Shown one piece after another: positions 1 through 12,803 of a stretch of DNA of 64,000 bases (the first letter of the stretch is position 1; every line of letters begins with the position of its first letter). A program made the translations under genes and the position numbers. A model generated the notes under the pieces. The model saw nothing but the letters and a program-made list of their open reading frames with translations, made no database searches and was not told where the DNA came from. Source of the stretch: Piromyces finnis finn (lineage: Eukaryota; Fungi; Neocallimastigomycota). The DNA is taken from positions 1 through 64,000 of the forward strand of contig MCFH01000032.1 in the NCBI GenBank assembly GCA_002104945.1, read 5' to 3'.

Positions 1-634
1 TATTGTTTATAATATTCATAATATTAATTATTTCTTAATTATAATATAATTCATTGAATATAATATTAATAATTATAATCCTCTAGTTCAAAGATTATAA
101 ATTATGTTATTGAAATATATTATTATAAAATAAAGTTAATTAGTTCCGGAAAATAATTTTAATTTAATTAAACAATAATTTTTATACTTTGAGTGAATGA
201 TTTATGTTTGATATATCAGGGGTGATCATTCTCTGAATAAACAATTAATCATTGCTAACAAAATATCTTTAAATTGGAATATCTCGTGAACCAGCAGAGA
301 TATTGACCTGATTTTAAGATATGTTGTTTGTCTCGAGCGTGGCTTTCTAACGAACTTAATTATAACCAAAACATTTTTATTCAAAAATCGTCATTCGTTG
401 AGGAGATACGCGTGTTTTTTCTTATTCCATTTTAACGATAAGGGTTAAAGTTATTTATTATAAAAATTATTAAGGGTTAAGGTCATATTTTAACCTTTTC
501 TAAATTTTTAAATATTTCTTAATAAAATTTTATAATTTATTTGAAAATAAAATATTTGTTGATTTTGAATTTTCATAAGTGATTTCACAATTCCAAGTGA
601 TCTTGAAATTGTAATTTCACTAGTATTCGTGACA
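1..634. mobile_element. Solo LTR family B, partial (cut by window start)
   Basis: Matches 22226-22858 and ends ...TTCGTGACA at 634; mirror of 9498-10131. Confidence 0.85.
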
Positions 635-699
635 TCATTTACCAAATATATGGATTTATTGCATTTTTCTGAATGTGGTGTACCATGAAATTTATCAAT

Positions 700-772
700 A
701 TCCAAATAGTGTAGTGGTTATCACGTTTCCTTTACACGGAAAAGGTCTCCGGTTCGAACCCGGGTTTGGGTA
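700..772 (+). tRNA. tRNA-Val(TAC)
   Basis: Cloverleaf: acceptor ATCCAAA/TTTGGGT, D arm GTGT..TCAC, anticodon stem TTTCC/GGAAA with loop TTTACAC, T loop TTCGAAC. Confidence 0.95.
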
Positions 773-1020
773 ATGATGATTATTTAATGAATATATTTTG
801 ATATAATTTTCGAAATTACACAAGGATAATATTTAAAATTAACATAATATTTTACTCTTTATACTTTTATTTAATAATTTTAATTTTAACTAAAAATATT
901 TCTAAATTTATTAATATATTTACTATTTATATAAGTAACCCTACTTATTAATTTAATATAAATTATGTTTTATAATAATACTTTTATTTATTAATAAATT
1001 TATTAATACAATATATAATC

Positions 1021-1372
1021 AAATAAAATAAAATAAAATAAAATAAAATAAAATAAATAAAATAAAATAAAATAAATAAAATAAAATAAAATAAAATAAA
1101 ATAAAATAAAAATAAAATTAAAATAAAATAAAATAAAATAAAATAAAATAAAATAAATAAAATAAAATAAAATAAAATAAAATAAAATAAAATAAAATAA
1201 AATAAAATAAAAAAATAAAATAAAATAAAATAAAATAAAATAAAATAAAATAAAATAAAATAAAATAAATAAAATAAAATAAAAAAAATAAAATAAAAAA
1301 AAAATAAAATAAAATAAAAAAAATAAAATAAAATAAAATAAAATAAAAAAATAAAATAAAATAAAATAAAAA
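1021..1372. repeat. (AAAAT)n microsatellite
   Basis: Visible pentamer array; mirrored at 8745-9110. Confidence 0.97.
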
Positions 1373-1631
1373 TGTTTAATAAATTATTTTCATACCAAAA
1401 AGTGAAAAATTTTAAGCTTTTTGTTAATTGGCTTCCTTTAAATGTAAATCATTTAAATGTAAATTTTTTTATTTAAATGGTTTTTATTAATAAAATATTT
1501 TATGTATAATTTCACAAAAATATGTTTAATTGCATAAGTCACAATATAATAATAATTCTCTTGATTTTATAAGGTATATTAATTTTTTTTTCTACCACCA
1601 AATATTATTAAAGTAAAATATTAAAAATAAA

Positions 1632-1703
1632 TAGCAGCGGTATGTTTCGATCATACGACCTGTGGGTTATGAGCCCACCACGCTTCCACTGCGCTACGCT
1701 GCT
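1632..1703 (-). tRNA. Initiator tRNA-Met(CAT)
   Basis: AGCAGCG acceptor with A1:T72, anticodon loop CTCATAA, GATCGAAA T loop typical of eukaryotic initiator tRNA. Confidence 0.96.
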
Positions 1704-1768
1704 CCTTATTGCATTTGTATGTAAGAATTAATAATTATTTATTGAATAATTATTAATTCTTATTTAAT

Positions 1769-2785
1769 TGTAAAAGTTTTACTAAACTTATAATTTAATA
1801 TTAAAATATAAATTAAATAAAAGGTTAAAAGATAACTAGGTTAGAAAAAAAATGTTTTATTAAAATAATCTTAATTGATTTATAAATGAATAATTATATT
1901 ATGTATTATAGTTAAAATAATTCCTTTTATTTTATTTAAAGAATATATATAATAATAAGATTATTTAATAGTATACTTATTAAGTATTAATAAGATAATA
2001 ATCTTTACAAAGATTTAATTCATAAAACTATTCTAAAACTATTTATACTATTTGTAATTTTACATTTAATACTAAAATAACTTTTTAGTACATGATTATA
2101 TTCATAATATATTTATAATACTAAGGCTAAACTTAAGACTTACTACTAATTATTAAAAATAACTATTGTTTATATATTTATAATATAATTATTTCTTAAT
2201 TATAATATAATTCATTGAATATAATATTAATAATTATAATCTTTTAATTCAAAGATTAAATTATGTTATTGAAATAATTATTATAAAATAAAGTTAATTA
2301 GTTCCGGAAAATAATTTTAATTTAATTAAACAATATTTTTATACTTTGAGTGAATGATTATGTTTGATATATCAGGGGTGATCATTCTCTGAATAAACAA
2401 TTAATCATTGCTAACAAAATATCTTTAAATTGGAATATCTCGTGAACCAGCAGAGATATTGACCTGATTTAAGATATGTTGTTTGTCTCGAGCGTGGCTT
2501 TCTAACGAACTTAATTATAACCAAAACATTTTTATTCAAAATCGTCATTCGTTGAGGAGATACGCGTGTTTTTTCTTATTCCATTTTAACGATAAGGGTT
2601 AAAGTTATTTATTATAAAAATTATTAAGGGTTAAGGTCATATTTAACCTTTTCTAAATTTTTAAATATTTCTTAATAAAATTTATAATTTATTTGAAAAT
2701 AAAATATTGTTGATTTTGAATTTTCATAAGTGATTTCACAATTCCAAGTGATCTTGAAATTGTAATTTCACTAGTATTCGTGACA
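1769..2785. mobile_element. Solo LTR family B
   Basis: TGTAAAAG...TTCGTGACA termini, 5-bp TSD TTAAT (1764-1768 / 2786-2790). Confidence 0.9.
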
Positions 2786-4117
2786 TTAATTATTTTTTAA
2801 TTATTAATTAATTAATTATTTAAATTATTAGCATACATTCATTTAAATTACTATAAACAGTTATTATATTAATATAATTATTCATTTACTAAATGTAAAA
2901 TTTATTTAATTATTAATTAATTAATTATTATTATTTAGTAATTTATCTAAAATAATAGTAAACATTCATTTATTCTATTATTTAATAATTTTTGTATTAC
3001 ATTTATAAGAAACATTATGTATTTTATTTTTACGTTTGTATTTTATATTTAGTATCGTATCTTGAAATAACTTATAGAAACAACTAGAAGATATAAATAA
3101 ATATAGGACAATCGGATATTAAGGTTTTTTCCGAATTTATTCGGTTTTACTTAATATTACGATGATTGATATATTAGTTATCAATCGAATATCTTTTAGG
3201 TTTTCTTTCGAGTCTTTCCTAAAAAGATTATTTGTTAAGATTAGAAATTTTTTATTAAACTTTAAATTATTAAAAAATTATAAATAAAAGAACTCTGGGA
3301 TACCACTTAAAAATCCAGAGTTATTATTATAAGAACTATTATAATAAATAACCTTTTTAAAACAATATTAATAAATATTTTAAATTAATTAACATTAAAA
3401 GTTTTGTGTTGTTTATTATACTTCCTTATAATAACTCTTATTAAGATAAGTATAAAATTTTATTTTAACTTCTCAGTTTAATAATACTAATTATTATTAA
3501 ATTGAAGATAATAATTATTATTATATAATACATATAATAATAATTATTACATTTTGTCACAATATATCAATACGTTACATTACGTTAAGAAAATTTTTTG
3601 TTATAATTAACTTTAATTAATATTAAATAATAAAATAATTTTTGTAGAAGAATCTTAATTATTAATAATTAGTTATTAGTAATAAATAGAAAAATTTAGA
3701 AGAATAAATAGTTTAGTTTAGTAAAAGAATTATAACACCTTCTCGAAGTAATATTAATTTTATAATCTTTATTATTAATTATTTTTATGTAATTAGTAAT
3801 TATTAGTAATTATTATTAATAAAAAATTAAAATAATTGTAAAGCCTCAATTGAAGCTTTAGTATAAATAGTTAAAGAAAAATAATTAGTTAAGCTTCAAT
3901 TGAGAATTATTTTCAAATTCTATAAAAACCTTTTTATTATTCTGACTTATAAAAAGTCCACTTTTCAATGTTAATAAAAGATCAAATATAATTTTAACTT
4001 AAATTATTAATAAAAGAGTCTTGTAAAATTTTTAAATAAATTTCTATTATTGTCTTTTCTAAATTTTTATCAAACCTTATTTAATAATAAAATAATTCAA
4101 CCTATTCGCCAAACCCC

Positions 4118-4730
4118 TGATACAATAACAATATATTAAAAAAATTTGGACACATGGAAAAAATTAAAAATTTTTTTTAAAATTTGAAAATTTGAAAATT
4201 TGAAAAAATTTATTTTTTAAATTTTTATTAAAAAATTTCAAAGTATAAAATTTCTAATATTTGAAATTATTAAATTTTTAAAATTATTAAAATTTTATTA
4301 TTAAAAATTTTATTTTAAATTTATTAACTATTTACAATAATTATATTAATTATTAATTTATAAAAATTAAATATTTTATAATTAGATAATAATTAATTAA
4401 AATTAAAAAATGTAATAATTAAAATTGTTCATGTATAAAAGAACAAAAAATTGACAAAAATTACGAAGCTTTAGCGTTAGTAATTTTTTAACCTAAAGTT
4501 AATAAAATTTATAAACTCCTATAAAACCTAAAACTTTAAAAATTTTAATATTTTTAATAACTTAATATATGCTGATATTAAGTTATTGCTAAATAAAAAT
4601 ATTATTTAAATTTCTTTATATAAATATTATTAGCTTTACGCCTTCGATAGGAAAAGCGTATTATATTTATTAATTAATATAACTAGTGTGCTTACCACAC
4701 TTTTCTTTAATAAAAAATCGCTTTTTGACA
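4118..4730. mobile_element. Solo LTR family C (left-arm copy)
   Basis: TGATACAATAAC...CGCTTTTTGACA; reverse complement of 5350-5965 and homologous to 28367-30690. Confidence 0.85.
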
Positions 4731-4734
4731 ATTT

Positions 4735-5345
4735 TGTAAGAAAATTTGTGGCCATAAGTTTGCCCACAAATATTTCAATTGAAACCATATATTCTGGTCA
4801 CCATTTATTGGCCAAATATATGTATAACCATATATTAATGGTTATTAATTAAATAGGAAGTTTATTTGCTTTACCCAATCAAGTGGTAAAGAAAATAAAC
4901 TAATATAGTTAAATAGTATAGTTAAAACTAACGTTAAATACTTTAGCGTTAGTATTAAAGTAATTTAGTAACTATAATAATAATTAATGTATTATAATTA
5001 TAATTAATAAATAAAAGATATAATTAAAATTAATTATTAAGTAATTATTTATATAATATTTATATATATTATTAATTTATTAATACTATAATTAATTATT
5101 ATTATAGTTACTAAATTACTTTAATACTAACGCTAAAGTATTTAACGTTAGTTTTAACTATACTATTTAACTATATTAGTTTATTTTCTTTACCACTTGA
5201 TTGGGTAAAGCAAATAAACTTCCTATTTAATTAATAACCATTAATATATGGTTATACATATATTTGGCCAATAAATGGTGACCAGAATATATGGTTTCAA
5301 TTGAAATATTTGTGGGCAAACTTATGGCCACAAATATTTCTTACA
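4735..5345. mobile_element. Two truncated head-to-head halves of LTR family A at the palindrome centre
   Basis: TGTAAGAAA end at 4735 and TTTCTTACA end at 5345; matches 31290-31554. Confidence 0.85.
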
Positions 5346-5349
5346 AAAT

Positions 5350-5965
5350 TGTCAAAAAGCGATTTTTTATTAAAGAAAAGTGTGGTAAGCACACTAGTTA
5401 TATTAATTAATAAATATAATACGCTTTCCTATCGAAGGCGTAAAGCTAATAATATTTATATAAAGAAATTTAAATAATATTTTTATTTTAGCAATAACTT
5501 AATATCAGCATATATTAAGTTATTAAAAATATTAAAATTTTTAAAGTTTTAGGTTTTATAGGAGTTTATAAATTTTATTAACTTTAGGTTAAAAAATTAC
5601 TAACGCTAAAGCTTCGTAATTTTTGTCAATTTTTGTTCTTTTTATACATGAACAATTTTAATTATTACATTTTTTAATTTTAATTAATTATTATCTAATT
5701 ATAAAATATTTAATTTTTATAAATTAATAATTAATATAATTATTGTAAATAGTTAATAAATTTAAAATAAAATTTTTAATAATAAAATTTTAATAATTTT
5801 AAAAATTTAATAATTTCAAATATTAGAAATTTTATACTTTGAAATTTTTTAATAAAAATTTAAAAAATAAATTTTTTCAAATTTTCAAATTTTCAAATTT
5901 TAAAAAAATTTTTAATTTTTTCCATGTGTCCAAATTTTTTAAATTTTATATATGTTATTGTATCA
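5350..5965. mobile_element. Solo LTR family C (uninterrupted reference copy)
   Basis: TGTCAAAAAGCG...GTTATTGTATCA; shows the empty site for the Rep insertion (AATAAAAATTTAAAAAATAAA at ~5851-5871). Confidence 0.85.
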
Positions 5966-7316
5966 GGGGTTTGGCGAATAGGTTGAATTATTTTATTATT
6001 AAATAAGGTTTGATAAAAATTTAGAAAAGACAATAATAGAAATTTATTTAAAAATTTTACAAGACTCTTTTATTAATAATTTAAGTTTAAAATTATATTT
6101 GATCTTTTATTAACATTGAAAAGTGGACTTTTTATAAGTCAGAATAATAAAAAGGTTTTTATAGAATTTGAAAATAATTCTCAATTGAAGCTTAACTAAT
6201 TATTTTTTCTTTAACTATTTATACTAAAGCTTCAATTGAGGCTTTACAATTATTTTAATTTTTTATTAATAATAATTACTAATAATTACTAATTACATAA
6301 AAATAATTAATAATAAAGATTATAAAATTAATATTACTTCGAGAAGGTGTTATAATTCTTTTACTAAACTAAACTATTTATTCTTCTAAATTTTTCTATT
6401 TATTACTAATAACTAATTTATTAATAATTAAGATTCTTCTACAAAAATTATTTTATTATTTAATATTAATTAAAGTTAATTATAACAAAAAAATTTTCTT
6501 AACGTAATGTAACGTATTGATATATTGTGACAAAATGTAATAATTATTATTATATGTATTATATAATAATAATTATTATCTTCAATTTAATAATAATTAG
6601 TATTATTAAACTGAGAAGTTAAAATAAAATTTTATACTTATCTTAATAAGAGTTTATTATAAGGAAGTATAATAAACAACACAAAACTTTTAATGTTAAT
6701 TAATTTAAAATATTTTATTAATATTGTTTTAATAAAGGTTATTTATTATAATAGTTCTTATAATAATAACTCTGGATTTTTAAGTGGTATCCCAGAGTTC
6801 TTTTATTTATAATTTTTTAATAATTTAAAGTTTAATAAAAAATTTCTAATCTTAACAAATAATCTTTTTAGGAAAAGACTCGAAGAAAAACCTAAAAAGA
6901 TATTCGATTGATAACTAATATATCAATCATCGTAATATTAAGTAAAACCGAATAAAATTCGGAAAAACCTTAATATCCGATTGTCCTAATATTTATTTAT
7001 ATCTTCTAGTTGTTTCTATAAGTTATTTCAAGATACGATACATAAATATAAAATACAAACGTAAAATAAAATACATAATGTTTCTTATAAAATGTAATAC
7101 AAAAATTATTAAATAATAGAATAAATGAATGTTTACTATTATTTTAGATAAATTACTAAATTAAATAAATAATTAATTAATATAATAATTAAATAAATTT
7201 TACATTTAGTAAATGAATAATTAATATTAATATAAATAACTGTTTATAGTAATTTAAATGAATGTATGCTAATAATTTAAATAATTAATTAATTTAATAA
7301 TTAAAAAAATAATTAA

Positions 7317-8347
7317 TGTCACGAATACTAGTGAAATTACAATTTCAAGATCACTTGGAATTGTGAAATCACTTATGAAAATTCAAAATCAACAAATATT
7401 TTATTTTCAAATAAATTATAAAATTTTATTAAGAAATATTTAAAAATTTAGAAAAGGTTAAAATATGACCTTAACCCTTAATAATTTTTATAATAAATAA
7501 CTTTAACCCTTATCGTTAAAATGGAATAAGAAAAAACACGCGTATCTCCTCAACGAATGACGATTTTTGAATAAAAATGTTTTGGTTATAATTAAGTTCG
7601 TTAGAAAGCCACGCTCGAGACAAACAACATATCTTAAAATCAGGTCAATATCTCTGCTGGTTCACGAGATATTCCAATTTAAAGATATTTTGTTAGCAAT
7701 GATTAATTGTTTATTCAGAGAATGATCACCCCTGATATATCAAACATAAATCATTCACTCAAAGTATAAAAAAATATTGTTTAATTAAATTAAAATTATT
7801 TTCCGGAACTAATTAACTTTATTTTATAATAATTATTTCAATAACATAATTTATAATCTTTGAATTAAAAGATTATAATTATTAATATTATATTCAATGA
7901 ATTATATTATAATTAAGAAATAATTAATATTATAAATATATAAACAATAGTTATTTTTAATAATTAGTAGTAAGTCTTAAGTTTAGCCTTAGTATTATAA
8001 AATATATTATGAATATAATCATGTACTAAAAAGTTATTTTAGTATTAAATGTAAAATTACAAATAGTATAAATAGTTTAGAATAGTTTTATGAATTAAAT
8101 CTTTGTAAAGATTATTATCTTATTAATACTTAATAAGTATTACTATTAAATAATCTTATTATTATATATATTCTTTAAATAAAATAAAAAGGAATTATTT
8201 TAACTATAATACATAATATAATTATTCATTTATAAATCAATTAAGATTATTTTAATAAAACATTTTTTTTCTAACCTAGTTATCTTTTAACCTTTTATTT
8301 AATTTAATATTTTAATATTAAATTATAAGTTTAGTAAAACTTTTACA
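7317..8347. mobile_element. Solo LTR family B (mirror of 1769-2785)
   Basis: TGTCACGAA...ACTTTTACA termini; ends 65 bp before tRNA-iMet. Confidence 0.9.
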
Positions 8348-8412
8348 ATTAAATAAGAATTAATAATTATTCAATAAATAATTATTAATTCTTACATACA
8401 AATGCAATAAGG

Positions 8413-8484
8413 AGCAGCGTAGCGCAGTGGAAGCGTGGTGGGCTCATAACCCACAGGTCGTATGATCGAAACATACCGCTGCTA
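8413..8484 (+). tRNA. Initiator tRNA-Met(CAT), mirror copy
   Basis: Exact reverse complement of 1632-1703. Confidence 0.96.
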
Positions 8485-8744
8485 TTTATTTTTAATATTT
8501 TACTTTAATAATATTTGGTGGTAGAAAAAAAAATTAATATACCTTATAAAATCAAGAGAATTATTATTATATTGTGACTTATGCAATTTAAACATATTTT
8601 TGTGAAATTATACATAAAATATTTTATTAATAAAAACCATTTAAATAAAAAAATTTACATTTAAATGATTTACATTTAAAGGAAGCCAATTAACAAAAAG
8701 CTTAAAATTTTTCACTTTTTGGTATGAAATAAATTTATTAAACA

Positions 8745-9110
8745 TTTTTATTTTATTTTATTTTATTTTATTTTATTTTATTTTATTTTATTTTATTTTA
8801 TTTTATTTTATTTTATTTTATTTTATTTTATTTATTTTATTTTATTTTATTTTATTTTATTTTATTTTATTTTATTTTATTTATTTTATTTTATTTTATT
8901 TTATTTTATTTTATTTTATTTTATTTTATTTTATTTTATTTTATTTTATTTTATTTTATTTTATTTTATTTTATTTTATTTTATTTTATTTTATTTTATT
9001 TTATTTTATTTTATTTTTATTTTATTTTATTTTATTTTATTTTATTTTATTTTATTTTTATTTTATTTTATTTTTATTTTATTTTATTTTATTTTATTTT
9101 ATTTTTATTT
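8745..9110. repeat. (ATTTT)n microsatellite
   Basis: Pentamer array, mirror of 1021-1372. Confidence 0.97.
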
Positions 9111-9359
9111 GATTATATATTGTATTAATAAATTTATTAATAAATAAAAGTATTATTATAAAACATAATTTATATTAAATTAATAAGTAGGGTTACTTAT
9201 ATAAATAGTAAATATATTAATAAATTTAGAAATATTTTTAGTTAAAATTAAAATTATTAAATAAAAGTATAAAGAGTAAAATATTATGTTAATTTTAAAT
9301 ATTATCCTTGTGTAATTTCGAAAATTATATCAAAATATATTCATTAAAATAATCATCAT

Positions 9360-9432
9360 TACCCAAACCCGGGTTCGAACCGGAGACCTTTTCCGTGTAA
9401 AGGAAACGTGATAACCACTACACTATTTGGAT
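9360..9432 (-). tRNA. tRNA-Val(TAC), mirror copy
   Basis: Exact reverse complement of 700-772. Confidence 0.95.
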
Positions 9433-9497
9433 ATTGATAAATTTCATGGTACACCACATTCAGAAAAATGCAATAAATCCATATATTTGGTAAATGA

Positions 9498-10530
9498 TGT
9501 CACGAATACTAGTGAAATTACAATTTCAAGATCACTTGGAATTGTGAAATCACTTATGAAAATTCAAAATCAACAAATATTTTATTTTCAAATAAATTAT
9601 AAAATTTTATTAAGAAATATTTAAAAATTTAGAAAAGGTTAAAATATGACCTTAACCCTTAATAATTTTTATAATAAATAACTTTAACCCTTATCGTTAA
9701 AATGGAATAAGAAAAAACACGCGTATCTCCTCAACGAATGACGATTTTTGAATAAAAATGTTTTGGTTATAATTAAGTTCGTTAGAAAGCCACGCTCGAG
9801 ACAAACAACATATCTTAAAATCAGGTCAATATCTCTGCTGGTTCACGAGATATTCCAATTTAAAGATATTTTGTTAGCAATGATTAATTGTTTATTCAGA
9901 GAATGATCACCCCTGATATATCAAACATAAATCATTCACTCAAAGTATAAAAAATTATTGTTTAATTAAATTAAAATTATTTTCCGGAACTAATTAACTT
10001 TATTTTATAATAATTATTTCAATAACATAATTTATAATCTTTGAACTAGAGGATTATAATTATTAATATTATATTCAATGAATTATATTATAATTAAGAA
10101 ATAATTAATATTATGAATATTATAAACAATAGTTATTTTTTAATAATTAGGAATAAGTCTTAAGTTTAGTTTAAGTATTATAAAATATATTATGAATATA
10201 ATCATGTATTGAAAAGTTATTTTATTATTAAATGTAAAATTACAAATAGTATAAATAGTTTAGAATAGTTTTATGAATTAAATCTTTGTAAAGATTATTA
10301 TCTTATTAATACTTAATAAGTATTACTATTAAATAATCTTATTATTATATATATTCTTTAAATAAAATAAAAAGGAATTATTTTAACTATAATACATAAT
10401 ATAATTATTCATTTATAAATCAATTAAGATTATTTTAATAAAACATTTTTTTTCTAACCTAGTTATCTTTTAACCTTTTATTTAATTTAATATTTTAATA
10501 TTAAATTATAAGTTTAGTAAAACTTTTACA
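9498..10530. mobile_element. Solo LTR family B
   Basis: TGTCACGAA...ACTTTTACA, 5-bp TSD AATGA (9493-9497 / 10531-10535). Confidence 0.9.
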
Positions 10531-11190
10531 AATGAAATAACCCTTATAATATATATGGATTTAAATATTTTTATTTGAGAAATTTATATAACGATAGTAA
10601 TAATAAGAATAGTAAATTAAATTAAATTAAATTAAAAACTTATAAATAATTTATTAAAGTATAATAAACTTTTTATAATTTAATATAAGGATGATAAAAA
10701 TATAATTATATAAGGAAGAGAAAGACGCGTATATATATATAAAAAGGGAAGAGTTTTTAGTTTTAGTTAGTTTTTAGTTAGTTTATATTAATTATATTAT
10801 AAATAAAATAAAGATAAGGTGATAATAATAGAAGAATAAATAATATTATTGTTAGATTTAGTGAAGGAATTAATAATAATATTAGTTTATTTTCTAAGAT
10901 TATACCTATTTTTAAAAACAAATAATAATATAAAATAATAATAAATAATACTTATAAATAATAAAGCTTGTAATAAAAATAATAAAACTTGTAATAAAAA
11001 TAATAAAATAATAAATAAAATAATAAAATAATATATAATAAAAAATATTCATCTAGAATATAAATTTGTTATTTATAACTGTTGTAGTGTCCCAAACAAT
11101 AAAGAAAAAGGTACTTATAATAAAATTCTGTACCATTCATGTGTAAGAAATAATTGTAAAATATTGCATTAGTTAAATAATGTATTTAAT

Positions 11191-12187
11191 TGTGAAGATA
11201 TTAAGTGGATTTAAAACAAATTCAGATAATATCTATAATTAATTAAACATAATAATTATAATTAAATAATTCCAACAATTATTTTAAAACACCTTTAAAA
11301 GTCACCTTTTAAATTTTGATTCAGTGAAAGGGTTATGATTTCAAAAATTTAATATCAATACACTATAACCCTTAACCAAAAATAAACAAATACGAAACTA
11401 GGTATAACTCGCCAAAAATGATCGCTACGGCTGTAAGTGCTACGGTTGTGAAACCAAGTTTATTAGAAAGCTTAAGAGAAAAGCTATATTTTGGTACGAT
11501 CGCGGTCCTTCTAACTGGTCATTTAAGAAAGATATGGTCATTTAAAGATTTTAATAAGTAAATTAAAATCAATATGATATCAAGTATGGATCATAGACAT
11601 TTCTTATGACTTGACGAAAATTAAAAATATATCAATAGAAACTTTAATTATATTAATTTAATTAATGATAGTGACTGTTACTAAAAATAGAACTAAACCA
11701 TTTAGGTGTAACAGTTAACATTTATAAATTAAATAATTTTAATTATTATAAAATAGGTTAATGGATCAAGTGTTTAAATGATTAATCATATGTTTATTTT
11801 ATTTTATGCCATGACAAAACAAACAAACAAACAAACAAACAATCTTATTATATTATTAATATATTACATGTAATACTTTATTTTTATCAATTTAATAATC
11901 TGAACAAAGAATATAAAATAGAATGATTTGAATTCGATTTTAATCCTTTGTAAAGATTATAGTTATAATCTTAATTATATAGTTATTAAATATATTATCA
12001 TTTATATTATTATTACTAAATAAATAAAATTTTATAAAAAGTTATTCTAAAAAATAAATATTAATTTTTCATTTGGAAGTTTAAAGTGTTATTTTATATT
12101 TAAATTTAATTTCTTAAAAAAAACATATTTACTATATAATTAATAACATTCTGACCTGGCCGCATAACCAAATCCCAAAACTTAACA
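11191..12187. mobile_element. LTR family G copy
   Basis: TGTGAAGAT...CTTAACA termini; inverted homolog of 18976-19971; no matching TSD. Confidence 0.75.
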
Positions 12188-12678
12188 AAGGGTTAACAAT
12201 TATTTAATAACTTAATCAGTTATTAACTAACCAATAAAATATTATAAAAATTTCATATAAAAGTAACAAAGAATAACATTTATTTAAAAGAGAGAGTTCT
12301 TTTATAAAATATAATTAATTATTGAGAATTTTTATAGTTATTTTAACTTAAATATTGTTATATTAAATATATATATGTATTTAAAATTATTTTTATTAAT
12401 AAAATAAAAGAGAAAGTTATAAATAAGATTTTTTATGTTTATTTCCTTTTTTATATTTAAATACTTGCTGTATAAATTGTTGAAAATAATAAAATATAAT
12501 AAAACAAAATAATTAATAACACTAAAATATAATTATTAATTATAAGCTAAATAAATATACAAATAATACTTTCTCCTTCTTTTATTAGAATATATTATTT
12601 TGTATAATTCCCTTTTGTTCAATTCCTGGAAATAAAATAAATAATTAAATTTATGGTATTCTTAAATAATACGTATCA
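12188..12678 (+). mobile_element. 5' LTR remnant of gypsy family H
   Basis: Homologous (inverted) to 36519-37053; ends ...ACGTATCA, followed by PBS-like sequence and gag. Confidence 0.75.
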
Positions 12679-12686
12679 TAAATTTT

Positions 12687-12702
12687 TTGTGGAGAATCCG
12701 GG
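12687..12702 (+). promoter_or_regulatory. Putative tRNA primer-binding site (tRNA-Ala-like)
   Basis: TTGTGGAGAATCCGGG is near-complementary to a tRNA 3' end of the form ...CCCGGATTCTCCACCA; 8 nt after the LTR end. Confidence 0.5.
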
Positions 12703-12803
12703 CGAACAAAACAAAATAATATGAAAATAATAAAAGATAATAATAATATTTAAAAGAACTTATATATATAAAATATAACTATATAAATAATAAATAAAAA
12801 AAA

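Larger units (their letters stand above)
1..10131. repeat. ~10 kb inverted repeat (palindrome), arms ~5 kb, centre ~4990-5090; left arm runs off the window start
   Basis: Position 1 (tattgtttataatattcata) is the reverse complement of 10131 backwards. tRNA-Val, tRNA-iMet, LTRs and the (AAAAT)n array are all mirrored. The arm differences I saw are mostly 1-bp indels. Confidence 0.95.

Noticed and set aside
508-705. 65-aa ORF and its mirror at 9427-9624
   Set aside because: Spans an LTR end, the tRNA flank and the tRNA start; identical only because of the palindrome; no protein features.
1021-1372. Telomeric repeats
   Set aside because: Arrays are A/T-only or ATTACT, internal, and no TTAGGG-type tract is present.
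5966-5995. GGGGTTTGGCGAATAGG after LTR C as a tRNA remnant
   Set aside because: No foldable D, anticodon or T arm follows.
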